Assembly (NCBI GenBank): GCA_013203315.1
Contig: JABMQJ010000020.1
Span: forward strand, 1-64,000
Length of the DNA stretch: 64,000 nucleotides
From: Candidatus Omnitrophota bacterium
GTDB taxonomy: Bacteria > Omnitrophota > Gorgyraeia > JABMRN01 > RBG-13-46-9
Reading direction: 5' to 3'
Shown: piece by piece, positions 25,299-35,552 of the stretch
How the letters are laid out: each line of letters opens with the position of its first letter
How positions within the stretch are numbered: the stretch's first letter is position 1
Program-made: the position numbers and the translations under genes
The notes under the pieces: model-generated
Database searches by the model: none
Seen by the model: the letters and a program-made list of their open reading frames with translations, nothing else
What the model was told of the DNA's origin: nothing

Positions 25299-26693
25299 TC
25301 ACATCGCGCCTGAACCCGAAAACACAACGGGGATTGTTTTTAATAAAAGTTTAAGGTCCATCCATAAGGACCAGTTATCAATATATTCCAAATCTAATTC
25401 CATCCATTTATCAAAATCAAGCATGCTTCTGCCACTTACCTGCCAGATACATGTTATGCCGGGCTTCATGCTGAGCCTTCTACGCTGCCAGTCTTCGTAT
25501 TTTTCGACTTCCTCCTGAATAGGGGGTCGCGGACCTACAACCGACATATCGCCTTTTAATACATTGATAAACTGGGGCAATTCATCTATGCTTGTCCTTC
25601 TCAAAAAACGGCCTATGGGGGTAAAGCGCGGGTCTTTTTTAATCTTAAAAATGGGTCCCCTCATTTCGTTTAAGGCCTCTAACCTATCTTTTATCTCCTC
25701 GGCTCCCACCACCATGCTTCTGAACTTTAACATAATAAATTTTCTTCCATTCAGCCCCGTTCTTTCCTGTTTAAAAAGAACGGGGCCCGGGGAAGTCCGT
25801 TTTATGACTACTGCCACCAATAAAAACAAGGGGCTTGACATAACCAATACGAGAAGAGAAAAGATTATATCAAATAACCTTTTCAGGAAAAGCTCTTCCT
25901 GCCGAATAAATATTGTATTGAAACTTACAAGCGGAAAACCGCCTAGGCTTGCAAAGGTCCCTTTGGCAATTTTTAAATCATAAAGATCCATCGCAATGTG
26001 GGTTCTTATTCCTTCCAGTTCGCATTGAATAATACTTTTTTCTATTTTGCTCAGCCACGACCTCGGAACAATATATACAACCTCATCAATAACCTCTGCA
26101 TGTAGAATTTCGGTCATATCTTTCAAAAGACCCGTAACCTTTATCCCGCATACCTCCATATTAAGCCGGGCCGGATCGTTATCTATTATTTTCATCACCC
26201 TGAGCCCCCATTGCGGATGCTTGTTAATCAGATTGATAAATCTCTCTGCCCTTAGGCCGGTGCCTACTATCAAGATGCGCCTGTAATTATAGCCCTTTCG
26301 CCTTATATATCGGCTAACACCTATTATGGTTAACTTTTCAAATAATAATAAACAGATTGCGAGCGCCAAGAACGCAATTAAAAACTCCCTTGTAAGATAC
26401 GGAATTCTAAGAATATAAGCCGCGGAAATGAAGAATAGACTCGCCAAGAGGCTCCCTTTGACGACCAACCCCATAGCGTCTATGATTCCTCTTATTCTGA
26501 AAGATTTATATAATCCTAAATAAATAAATATATTTATCCATACGGGAACGATAATAAAAAGTGGCCATAGATATTGCTCTACTGCATAAGGCAGGGATTC
26601 TACATAACAGGCTACTATATAAGCGCCTGCTATAAATATACTGTCTGCCAGCATTATTATTTTTCTTAAAAAATTTTCTCTTTCCTTTATCAT
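25299..26693 (-). CDS. Undecaprenyl-phosphate priming sugar transferase (WcaJ/CpsE-like)
   Basis: KRLFDI, KFRSM, DPRFTPIGRFLRRTSIDELPQ, GDMSVVGPRP and KPGITCIWQV motifs. Confidence 0.93.
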   Translation of the reverse strand: MIKERENFLRKIIMLADSIFIAGAYIVACYVESLPYAVEQYLWPLFIIVPVWINIFIYLGLYKSFRIRGIIDAMGLVVKGSLLASLFFISAAYILRIPYLTREFLIAFLALAICLLLFEKLTIIGVSRYIRRKGYNYRRILIVGTGLRAERFINLINKHPQWGLRVMKIIDNDPARLNMEVCGIKVTGLLKDMTEILHAEVIDEVVYIVPRSWLSKIEKSIIQCELEGIRTHIAMDLYDLKIAKGTFASLGGFPLVSFNTIFIRQEELFLKRLFDIIFSLLVLVMSSPLFLLVAVVIKRTSPGPVLFKQERTGLNGRKFIMLKFRSMVVGAEEIKDRLEALNEMRGPIFKIKKDPRFTPIGRFLRRTSIDELPQFINVLKGDMSVVGPRPPIQEEVEKYEDWQRRRLSMKPGITCIWQVSGRSMLDFDKWMELDLEYIDNWSLWMDLKLLLKTIPVVFSGSGAM

Positions 26694-26751
26694 AACCGGC
26701 CCTTTTGTAATAGAACCCGCTCAATTACGCAGATTGTTCTCACATAATCAT

Positions 26752-26827
26752 ATAATAGCATAATCTCTATCATAAATGGTAACGTAACCTTAATAATACG
26801 ATGAAAGTTATGTAACAAAATGTAGCA
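26752..26827 (-). promoter_or_regulatory. Priming-transferase promoter: extended -10 plus in-phase boxes
   Basis: TGcTATTAT (-10 at 26757-26752); GGTAACG at 26778, TGTAACA at 26811 (33 nt later), TGTAGCA at 26821 (10 nt later). Confidence 0.5.
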
Positions 26828-26850
26828 GATGAGAGGACATTTTTCACTGT

Positions 26851-29130
26851 TTACTGAACCCCGCTGATTCTAAGGGCTACATCTTTCTCAAACGACGGAA
26901 CCTTTATTGCCATTCCCTTGCCTGATGAAACAGCTTTTTCTCGATACAAGGGCCTCGCCTTCCATGTATCCCACCATTCTATGCTATATTCCCCATTGGG
27001 TAAATCAAGAACTTCTAATGTTGCCCCTTTTACCTCTTGTGGTTTAATTCCTTTATAACTATTGTACCAATTACTCTCTTTATTTTGTATCCAGAATATT
27101 GCCTCTTTCCCGCACTGCAATCCCAACACGCGGATATCCATGGATGAGCCTTTTTTATAATTTGTGAGCACAACCTTTTTAATAGAAAGCCAATCTTTTC
27201 CGACATTCTCCAAGCGTATGATATGCTCACCTTGAGGAATGTTAATTTTACAGTCCTCCATGTAGTCATACTGATATATCCCCCACTCATCCCGGTATCT
27301 CCTTCGCTTCCAATTCCCCTTACCCTCGGGAGTCTCCCCGGGGAATTCTCTGCTAAACATTTTTTGGCCATCCACATATACGTTGAGCACTGCACGCACA
27401 GAAACTTGATCTACTGTGATAATAAATTCTCCTTTGCGGGGGTAATTAACTCTGAAAACAGGACATACGCGTATATCCTGTTTATCCATACCATGAAGAT
27501 ACATATTTAATTTACCGCCTTTTAAGGTTCCGTTGTTTAATGCTTCGATTTCTCTATCATCTTCATTACCCCAATCGTCCGCTACAGGTATAGATACATC
27601 GCGATTACCTATTGCTCCTTGGTGTACATTGTCTTCGGGGTATACGTGAAATTTGGCTCTACCCCAACCATTTCTGGGTAAATTTAAATTCTTAACAAAT
27701 AAAGAAAATGTCTTGTAGTGCTCGTATAAATTTTTTTGATTAATATAATCATCCCACCACCAATTCATCGCACCGCCAAGGGCTTGAGAAAAAAGACCCG
27801 CCCATAGGCAGTTATGAATATGAATTCCGTTTCCTACGGTATCGTAGAATTTATCGCTTTTCGTACTATCTATGCCGTATTCGCCTATCAAAGATGGTTT
27901 ACGATACTTCGTTACATACTGCATTGTTTTATAATTGATAGTATCAACCAGATCACAAAAGGCCCCTCTGCGTCCATAAATGTGGACCTGCGAGAAATCT
28001 ATAGAGGGTAATTTCCAGATTTCATCTTCGTTAAAACCATTGAACTCGAGCATCCCTATGCTTGTTGTCACAAGATGGCCATGAGGATCGATATCCTTTA
28101 TATACTCTGACATTTCTTTAACCCAAAACACGGGGGCATTTGTTTCATTCCATAATTCAAAAGCGAGTAAGTTTTTATAGGCTCCCCACCGGGCGACAAT
28201 ATAACGTAATCGTTTTTTATAATACTCTTGCGCGTTTTCATTTGTCCAAAATTCTGCGGGGCTTACACAGGGTCCGCCATTAGACGCATTATATGGATTG
28301 CGACCCCATTCCGGGACGCCCCAAAATATTTTATGTGCGGCTAACTCTTTGTAATTTCCCAGAACCAGGATAACATATAACCCCTTTTTGTCTGCCTCCT
28401 TCAAAATATGATCGAGGCGCCATGCGTTCCGGAGATTATAGCGCCCCAATCCGGAGAAACCCTCCTTTGAAACATTATTTTTAGCCCATTCCAGAGCCAA
28501 ATTCCAGGAAACCATCCAAATGCGAACAATATTACACCCATTATCAGATAATTTTTCAAAATAAGAATCGTATGCGTATGTCTGCTTACGATCTGTCCAG
28601 CCTACATTCTCTCCTATGCCAAAGTAGATTTCACCGGAATCAAAAAACAAATAAGGTGTAGAGCTAGCTCGCAGAAATCCTGGCTTAATAGATTTCGTAA
28701 CATTAAAAGTTTCTTCTTTGGTTCTCAATTTTCTCTTTCCGAATTGTGCTGTTAGAAAAACACGATAAATTCCTATCTCTCTTGGCGTAAAGCGTACCTT
28801 CCACTGAGGAGAACCTACTGCTTCCAATATCTCACGGCCTTCTGATAAATCTCTTGAAAACCCCTGGTAATAGAATGCAGGTATAATTAATTCATTCTGG
28901 TTCGGTGAGATAAAATGGGCTTTTATATCGACCTGGTTAGGATCAAAGGGGTTATCAAAAACACCTTTCGTATCTATATCAAGCTCCAAGATATCAAATT
29001 GCTTAACCGGATGTTCTATTTTAACAAATGAAATATGAGGACCATCTTTCGCAATGACTGCACAGGACGCGAAAATAATCAATAAAATAAGAATCGGTTT
29101 TACTAGCATTTTTAGCTGTCCATATTTCAT
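26851..29130 (-). CDS. Secreted glycoside hydrolase (DUF5060 plus clan GH-A/GH5-like TIM barrel)
   Basis: Signal peptide; NPFDP...WKVRFTP; RYIVARWG; FELWNE (acid/base); LIGEYG (nucleophile). Confidence 0.75.
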   Translation of the reverse strand: MKYGQLKMLVKPILILLIIFASCAVIAKDGPHISFVKIEHPVKQFDILELDIDTKGVFDNPFDPNQVDIKAHFISPNQNELIIPAFYYQGFSRDLSEGREILEAVGSPQWKVRFTPREIGIYRVFLTAQFGKRKLRTKEETFNVTKSIKPGFLRASSTPYLFFDSGEIYFGIGENVGWTDRKQTYAYDSYFEKLSDNGCNIVRIWMVSWNLALEWAKNNVSKEGFSGLGRYNLRNAWRLDHILKEADKKGLYVILVLGNYKELAAHKIFWGVPEWGRNPYNASNGGPCVSPAEFWTNENAQEYYKKRLRYIVARWGAYKNLLAFELWNETNAPVFWVKEMSEYIKDIDPHGHLVTTSIGMLEFNGFNEDEIWKLPSIDFSQVHIYGRRGAFCDLVDTINYKTMQYVTKYRKPSLIGEYGIDSTKSDKFYDTVGNGIHIHNCLWAGLFSQALGGAMNWWWDDYINQKNLYEHYKTFSLFVKNLNLPRNGWGRAKFHVYPEDNVHQGAIGNRDVSIPVADDWGNEDDREIEALNNGTLKGGKLNMYLHGMDKQDIRVCPVFRVNYPRKGEFIITVDQVSVRAVLNVYVDGQKMFSREFPGETPEGKGNWKRRRYRDEWGIYQYDYMEDCKINIPQGEHIIRLENVGKDWLSIKKVVLTNYKKGSSMDIRVLGLQCGKEAIFWIQNKESNWYNSYKGIKPQEVKGATLEVLDLPNGEYSIEWWDTWKARPLYREKAVSSGKGMAIKVPSFEKDVALRISGVQ

Positions 29131-29915
29131 TGCTTTCTCCCCTTATTGTCTTTTTTTAGTTTTTCTAATAGAAGGTAATAAAAAAATATAATTGCGTCTT
29201 TTAAGTATCTTTTCCAAAGCCTATACGGTTCCATCATCACCCGCCAGAACCATTCCAAACCTATTTTCTGCATCCACTCTGGCGCTCTCTTTATATTACC
29301 TGAAAGAAAGTCAAAGGATGCCCCAACCGCCATTAATACAGAAACGCCGAGTTCATCTTTATGCTTCCAGATCCATTTCTCCTGTTTGGGTGCTCCTAAG
29401 CCTACAAATAAAAATTCCGGTTTTTTCTCCTTTATCACTTTTACTATCTTTTGGTTTTCCCTCTCATCCTTCTCAAACCCGAAAGGAGGTGAGTGTGTTC
29501 CAACAATTTCTAATTCGGGATACTTCATTTTTAAAATATTACCCGCTTTCTCGGCCACCCCCGGTTTAGCCCCTAAGAAAAATATTTTATACTTATTCAG
29601 AGCAGCGGTCCTGCATAAAGCAGGGAATAAATCTGAGCCCGAGATTTTTGATTTCAGAGGTTTCCCCAGAAATTTCGCGGCCCATAGTATCGGCACTCCA
29701 TCGGGTAGAAGAAAAGAGGCCCTATCTAGAATCGAAAAGAATTCAGTATCCCTTTTTGCCCTTACTAAGACATTAACAGGCACGGGGAATATGGTAATAT
29801 TCCTGCTTGTCCGAACTGAATCTGTGATTACATCCACAAATCTGCCGAAATTGACAGAGACAAATTTCAGGTTAAAAATCTTCTCGAAATTTATAATGTT
29901 AATATCTTTTTGCAT
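29127..29915 (-). CDS. WecB/TagA/CpsF glycosyltransferase (GT26)
   Basis: PDGVP, GSDL, FVGLGAPKQEKW, VGASFDF and RAPEWMQKIGLEWFWR motifs. Confidence 0.93.
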   Translation of the reverse strand: MQKDINIINFEKIFNLKFVSVNFGRFVDVITDSVRTSRNITIFPVPVNVLVRAKRDTEFFSILDRASFLLPDGVPILWAAKFLGKPLKSKISGSDLFPALCRTAALNKYKIFFLGAKPGVAEKAGNILKMKYPELEIVGTHSPPFGFEKDERENQKIVKVIKEKKPEFLFVGLGAPKQEKWIWKHKDELGVSVLMAVGASFDFLSGNIKRAPEWMQKIGLEWFWRVMMEPYRLWKRYLKDAIIFFYYLLLEKLKKDNKGRKQ

Positions 29916-30973
29916 TTTCCTAATACCTTGTCAACATTTATCAATTCCATACATTTTTTTCCTTTAAATCTCAAATTACAGCTTGACTTATAACAAGCCA
30001 AGCAAGGTACGGATGGCTCTATTATTTTACCTAAACCATATAATTCGAATTCATTCCTGTTAAATGCGTTATTAAAAAGCAAGACCTTTTTCTTCAAAGC
30101 AATGGCAATATGCAATGTCATAGTAACACAGGTAATAACTAAATCTGTTTGATTTACGAGGTCTGTAAATTGTTCTAAAGGAAAATATCCTATATATCGC
30201 CCCCCACTTTTTCGAGCTATTTCTTTATTTTTTTTGTGTTCTTTTCGGCCGCCTAAAATTAGAACACCATATCCGGCTTTCCTTAACTTTCTTACCAATT
30301 CCACCCATCTTGCTTTCGGATATTCTCTGACTTTCCACTGTTCTCCATATCCGGTATTTAAGCCGATTAACGGATGAATAAATACCGGCCACTTAGTATG
30401 TTTTTCTATTTCTAAAATATATTTTTCTCCGCTAAAATCAAAACCGCAGAGCTCAAAAATCTCTTGAGGGTAACTTTTTTTGTTCTTTTTATTTATATCG
30501 TCCCAGATTCCTGTCTTCCATTTGCTAAAAGCATTCTTGTCTATAGGGGCGCATTTACCATCTTTGAGTTCAAATCCCTTTTTTACTTTGGCCTTTATTA
30601 ATTCCGCGAGAGAACAGGCCTCTTTATCTTTATCTAGATTAAATAGAAAATCGAACTTTTGGGCGAAAAGCCACAAAATATTCTGTAGATTAAAATCCAA
30701 AATGTTATCGACCAGAGAAGGGACAAGTTTCGGAAAACATGTAAGCCAGGATATCTCAGAATGAGGAAATTTTTCCTTAATCTTCCTTAAGATGGGGGTC
30801 GTTCTTATTATGTCTCCTGCTGCCTTTAATTTAATTATCAAAATTCTTTCTGCTACTTTATCGTAATATTTGCAATCCTCGCATTTAACTCCAAATTTCT
30901 TGTGGTACAAGCATGGAATGCCTCCCCTAAAAAACCTGCAGTCTGTTTTCACGGTCTTTGTTATATTAGCCAT
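29891..30973 (-). CDS. GT9 (heptosyltransferase-like) glycosyltransferase with Cys-rich ends
   Basis: ILIIKLKAAGDIIRTTP and LHIAIAL; N-terminal DCRFFRGGIPC...CEDC. Confidence 0.8.
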   Translation of the reverse strand: MANITKTVKTDCRFFRGGIPCLYHKKFGVKCEDCKYYDKVAERILIIKLKAAGDIIRTTPILRKIKEKFPHSEISWLTCFPKLVPSLVDNILDFNLQNILWLFAQKFDFLFNLDKDKEACSLAELIKAKVKKGFELKDGKCAPIDKNAFSKWKTGIWDDINKKNKKSYPQEIFELCGFDFSGEKYILEIEKHTKWPVFIHPLIGLNTGYGEQWKVREYPKARWVELVRKLRKAGYGVLILGGRKEHKKNKEIARKSGGRYIGYFPLEQFTDLVNQTDLVITCVTMTLHIAIALKKKVLLFNNAFNRNEFELYGLGKIIEPSVPCLACYKSSCNLRFKGKKCMELINVDKVLGKCKKILTL

Positions 30974-30977
30974 AGAT

Positions 30978-31958
30978 CTATACTCCTTCTAGCATTTGTA
31001 GTAATATGGAAAATTTTTGACGCCAATTGTCTCTGGCCTCTTTTTGCAGCATAGCCATCTCCTCTTCTAAACGAGAAGTATTATTCTTGAGACGCATTAT
31101 GCCTTTAATTATATCTTCTGACGTATTGCGCACATGGACGGTGCCTTTATTAAAAAAGCGGCGTATCACACCCCAATCAGAAGCGATAAGAGGCTTACCT
31201 ACCGAAACAGCTTCATACATGCCCGCACACAGCGTATTATCGACGGTACATAAAACCATTATTGCATCGGCGGCTCGCAATAAAGAAAAGTATGGCCGGG
31301 GTTCGTCCATGTAACCGGTAAATGTTACGTTAGGAGGGGGGTTCTTTAAAATATCTTTTTTTGCATATATCGTATTTCCGGTAATATAAAAATTGACGTT
31401 CTGTAAACGCTGAGCCGCTAAAAGGATTTCCTCTATCGGTTCGTCGAAAGAGAAGGTATTTATTACAGTGACGCTAAATCCGTCTTTCAATTTTATAGAT
31501 TGCGTAGGAGGAAAATCCGGTATACAATCTTCTAATACAAAGCTCCGAGCGCCCCACCTTTTCAACATGTTACATAACTCATCATTTGTGGCTATATTAA
31601 GAAATGCTTTTCTTGCTAAAAACTTAAATAGAAAATTAAACCACTTCCACTTTGGATCTAAAAAAGCGCCGGTTGCAGAATCGATTATAAAATGCGTTCC
31701 TGATATTCTGGTATATACAAAGGCGATTAAAGGCAGGAAAACCGGCGGATTTTCAACGATGACGAAATCCGGACGTTCACGTTGTAAGACCCAGAAAGTT
31801 TTTAGTGCTTGAAAAATATATTTTATGGGGGCAATAAGTGGAAATTTAAATTTAAAAAAATGAATTAGATAAAGAGGGGCCTGAATCTGGCAGGCGAAAG
31901 TCTGGCTTCGTCTGCTTAAAGGTTGCCATCCTATAATAATAATTTTTTTAGGTTTCAT
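30978..31958 (-). CDS. GT-B glycosyltransferase (GT4-like)
   Basis: ENPP, FSFDEP, NVTFTGY and YEAVSVGKPLIASD motifs. Confidence 0.8.
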   Translation of the reverse strand: MKPKKIIIIGWQPLSRRSQTFACQIQAPLYLIHFFKFKFPLIAPIKYIFQALKTFWVLQRERPDFVIVENPPVFLPLIAFVYTRISGTHFIIDSATGAFLDPKWKWFNFLFKFLARKAFLNIATNDELCNMLKRWGARSFVLEDCIPDFPPTQSIKLKDGFSVTVINTFSFDEPIEEILLAAQRLQNVNFYITGNTIYAKKDILKNPPPNVTFTGYMDEPRPYFSLLRAADAIMVLCTVDNTLCAGMYEAVSVGKPLIASDWGVIRRFFNKGTVHVRNTSEDIIKGIMRLKNNTSRLEEEMAMLQKEARDNWRQKFSILLQMLEGV

Positions 31959-31963
31959 AAAAA

Positions 31964-32983
31964 TTACACGGGTATTTTATAACAACCTAAGCATTTACAC
32001 CCTTCCAGGGATTCTTCGATATTTTTGTCCCTCTTAATAGATAACTGCCTTAGGTTTTTCATCGTTTTGTTATTCCATTCACTTAGAATTGAATTTTCAA
32101 TAATATTGCCAAAAGAAAACGGACTTACCAATCCGCTCGTGCAACACGCTTTCAATTCACCTGTCCATGCCACATTTAAAACATACCAGAGCCAATAACA
32201 TGGTTTCCCTTTTGGCAATTTATCCCTCAACATTGTTCTCATGCTTTGCAAATTATCTTCTCGCGATTCTTTAACTAATAGCCGGTCAACGCCTAATTTT
32301 TCAGAAAGTTTTTTGATTTGTTCCAGCTCGTGAATACTTTCTTCAAAAATGATAAACTGGCTTTCTATGAAAGGTGTCTTACTTTTAAGTGATTTCTTAA
32401 GCTTTACTATTTCCTTGATGCTAGAGAGTACCGTTTCAAATCGAGCTCCTACCCTTACCTTTTCATAGGTCTCTTTGGTGGCCCCGTCAAGAGAAATGAT
32501 CAAATAATCTAAGCCTGCGTCAATAACCTTTTTAAAATCGTCCGGTTTAAAGGTTGTGAAATTTGTACTTATCGCACTAATGATATTATTTTTGGTCGCG
32601 TATTCTATCATGGAAAAGATATCGGAGTTAAGGAAGGATTCGCCTAAACCGTCGAGCCGAACTAAAATAAGGTAGTCTTTCAATTGATCTATTACCTTTT
32701 TGTAATTAGCAAATGAAAGGTACCCTTTAGGTATAGGGTTTTTACCGGAACCTGTATAGCAAATCGGACATCTTAAATTACAGAGGTTGGTCGGTTCGAA
32801 GTGTAGGACAAAAGGCGTCGATTTTAACGTAACTTTTTTTATGCGTCGTTCTAATTCCGCGTGTAACGTATTAAAAACCTTTTTTAATCCAATCCTTTTC
32901 GGAGAATTTACGATAGGAGCTAGATAACGCGTGAATGTTTGGCCGAGTGCGAAAGCAGTATTGGTTAATGATAAATATTGCAT
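31964..32983 (-). CDS. Radical SAM protein with SPASM/twitch domain
   Basis: CNLRCPIC; ISLDGATKETYEKVR; C-terminal CYWLW...CC...GN...CKCLGC. Confidence 0.85.
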   Translation of the reverse strand: MQYLSLTNTAFALGQTFTRYLAPIVNSPKRIGLKKVFNTLHAELERRIKKVTLKSTPFVLHFEPTNLCNLRCPICYTGSGKNPIPKGYLSFANYKKVIDQLKDYLILVRLDGLGESFLNSDIFSMIEYATKNNIISAISTNFTTFKPDDFKKVIDAGLDYLIISLDGATKETYEKVRVGARFETVLSSIKEIVKLKKSLKSKTPFIESQFIIFEESIHELEQIKKLSEKLGVDRLLVKESREDNLQSMRTMLRDKLPKGKPCYWLWYVLNVAWTGELKACCTSGLVSPFSFGNIIENSILSEWNNKTMKNLRQLSIKRDKNIEESLEGCKCLGCYKIPV

Positions 32984-33005
32984 CTTTTTCCTTTTTAATT
33001 TTCGT

Positions 33006-34421
33006 TTAGTCCAATGGTATATTTCGCCACAAATCGCATTTTTCTAATATCAATTCACGAATATTCTTATTTTTGAGTCGGCACGTTAATCTTATAGAAT
33101 AATATTTCAGCCTTTCAATTATAATACGCAGTAAAGAACGTCTGAATATATTCGATCTCACTGTACTCCAAAATGCTGCTTTGCGAAATAACCTGTAGGC
33201 TTCAATTCGCTCTTTTTTCGAGAACTCCTTCGTTTCAAAAGCGGGTTCGATCTTGTCTTCCTGTAAGGTGGGGGGAAAATACATCGCGTCTTTATTAAGG
33301 TTGATTCCCTGTTCTTCCGCCCATTTCCATAGTTCTGTTTTTGGATAAGGCACTACTGAATTCACATAAATAGCGTTCAATTTCAATGATTTCATGAACT
33401 CTATGCTTCTTTTTACCGAATCTGTCGTGTCATTAATATTCCCTACCATAAAGCAACCTGTAACATAAAAGCCTTTCTTTTTCGCCAGCCTTGCTGCATA
33501 AGCAATCTTTTCAAGCGACTCGCCCTTTTGCATGCTCCTCAGCACTTTTTCGTCCCCGCTTTCAATGCCAAAACCTATAGCCCTACAACCAGCGGATAGC
33601 ATCGCAGAAAGTATTTCGTCCGTTACTAAATCGGCTCTCACCCCCTGGGTGGCCGTCCATTTAATCTGAAGGTTCCTTTTTCGAATCTCGTCGCATAGTT
33701 TTAGTATTCTGTTCCTATCAACTAAAAGATTGTCTCCATCGATATAAAATTTTTTAAACCCGAATTTCTTCATATCCCATTGTATCTCAGCGATTATGCT
33801 TTCCCAGGATCTTGGCCGCCAAAGACGACCCTGGATATCTTTAACGCAGCAAAAATTGCACCGATAGGGACATCCCCTTGAATCAGCGATTGGTAAAAAA
33901 TTGTATTTTTTAACCTCCAATAAATCCCACGCCGGAAACGGCAATTCATCTAAATTATGGTTAAATTCTCTAGGTTGATTTTTCCTTACTTCACCGCCTT
34001 CCCGATAGATGAGGCCTTTTACGGACTCTAAACCTGTTTTTCTTTTGAGGGCGTTGCAAAGTTCCTGGACGGTTTTTTCGCCTTCCCCGAAAATTTCAAA
34101 ATCTATCTCGCGATAGATTTTTAAAACCTCTTCTTGCATAATGCAGGCGTGCGGTCCTCCGATCAGTATTTTCGCCGGTGTTATCCTCTTTATTTTTCTA
34201 ATAAAATCTATAACCATAGGCTCTGAAAAGGACATCATCGGCAGCCCTACTATATCAGGATTAAACTGTTTTATTTTATCAATACACGCATGGTCGATAT
34301 TAGTATCCACAATGGATACGCACTCCCCGGCTGACCGAAGGCTTGAAGCCAAATATGTCAGATTTATCGGCGGATAGCGAATAGGATCAAAATATATCGG
34401 ATTCAATAATAAAATATTCAT
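33006..34421 (-). CDS. B12-binding radical SAM protein (class B methyltransferase-like)
   Basis: GGPHA, GEGE, SRGCPYRCNFC and GIESGD motifs. Confidence 0.9.
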   Translation of the reverse strand: MNILLLNPIYFDPIRYPPINLTYLASSLRSAGECVSIVDTNIDHACIDKIKQFNPDIVGLPMMSFSEPMVIDFIRKIKRITPAKILIGGPHACIMQEEVLKIYREIDFEIFGEGEKTVQELCNALKRKTGLESVKGLIYREGGEVRKNQPREFNHNLDELPFPAWDLLEVKKYNFLPIADSRGCPYRCNFCCVKDIQGRLWRPRSWESIIAEIQWDMKKFGFKKFYIDGDNLLVDRNRILKLCDEIRKRNLQIKWTATQGVRADLVTDEILSAMLSAGCRAIGFGIESGDEKVLRSMQKGESLEKIAYAARLAKKKGFYVTGCFMVGNINDTTDSVKRSIEFMKSLKLNAIYVNSVVPYPKTELWKWAEEQGINLNKDAMYFPPTLQEDKIEPAFETKEFSKKERIEAYRLFRKAAFWSTVRSNIFRRSLLRIIIERLKYYSIRLTCRLKNKNIRELILEKCDLWRNIPLD

Positions 34422-34439
34422 TGTAGGGAAACGGTTGTG

Positions 34440-35552
34440 TTATGCATTATATTGGTACAGATTGCAGCATCGCGAACAAACCGGTAATAAGTTTACTTCT
34501 TTAATTTTTTTTCTGAATTCCCTTGCTTTTTTGCCATTCCAAATTGCAAGAAATGAATCCTTCTTTACATTGCCTAGCACATAATCCGGGAAATCGCCAC
34601 AAAAGACTATATCTCCATTATATCGGATATCTGCCCTGGCCCATAAAGAAAAACATTTTTTCTGAGACATCTTTGATGTATTGTTATAAAAATTTGCGAT
34701 TTCTGCCGGCGAAAGTTCAGGAAGAAAGGTAATATGCAATCCTTCGTTTCTTTTGGTTTGTATATTTTTAATAATGCCTGAAAGCCTTTTAAGATTCATG
34801 TTAATTTCTTCTTTCCTGAAACCCCTCCAGGAGGCCGCCTCTATACCAAAAAGCTTACTGCAAACTTCTTCATATCGCCTGCCCATGTGAAGAGGTATAT
34901 TCCACCCATATATAAAATGGATGCCATCAATTCTAAGTGTTTTTGATAGCTCGACCATCTTCTCAAGTGTGTTATAAGAATCCTCTGTTATAACCGTATT
35001 TATTATTATTTTAGGATAGCGAGTTTTCTTTTGATCCCGCGCTTTCACAAGAGCCCTGATGCTTTCAATTGTTTTATCATAAGCGCCTGCATTCCTTATT
35101 TTATCATTTACCTCCCTTGGTCCATCTAAAGAAATTTCTATTTCATCGAGCCTTGTTCTAACAACTTCGCATGCATAAGGTGATAGGAGGGTCCCATTTG
35201 TAATTACGAGGCAACGTAAATCCTTGGATTTAATGTAGGAAATGAGTTGCATGATTTTTGGATACAAAAATGGTTCTCCTCCCCAGATAATAATCCTTTT
35301 CGGGCATGTTTCGTCTATAATCTTTTTCCATTGTTCGAAGCGTAGTTCTTCCGATTTCAGACCGGATACCGCTTCGGTTTTGAAATGGCCTTGCTCTCCC
35401 CACTGGGCGCACATCTTACATCTCAGGTTACACCGCATTGTTGGTAAAAGCGCTAATTGGGTTGGCGGAAAAGAATAACCATCCTTCAAAAAATAATACC
35501 CTAAAAACATCTTACGGAAATAAAGCAGTTTTCGAAGTCTCTTATACATCAT
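34440..35552 (-). CDS. Radical SAM/SPASM protein
   Basis: CNLRCKMC, WGGEPF, ISLDG; C-terminal C...C...CSRCC. Confidence 0.87.
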   Translation of the reverse strand: MMYKRLRKLLYFRKMFLGYYFLKDGYSFPPTQLALLPTMRCNLRCKMCAQWGEQGHFKTEAVSGLKSEELRFEQWKKIIDETCPKRIIIWGGEPFLYPKIMQLISYIKSKDLRCLVITNGTLLSPYACEVVRTRLDEIEISLDGPREVNDKIRNAGAYDKTIESIRALVKARDQKKTRYPKIIINTVITEDSYNTLEKMVELSKTLRIDGIHFIYGWNIPLHMGRRYEEVCSKLFGIEAASWRGFRKEEINMNLKRLSGIIKNIQTKRNEGLHITFLPELSPAEIANFYNNTSKMSQKKCFSLWARADIRYNGDIVFCGDFPDYVLGNVKKDSFLAIWNGKKAREFRKKIKEVNLLPVCSRCCNLYQYNA

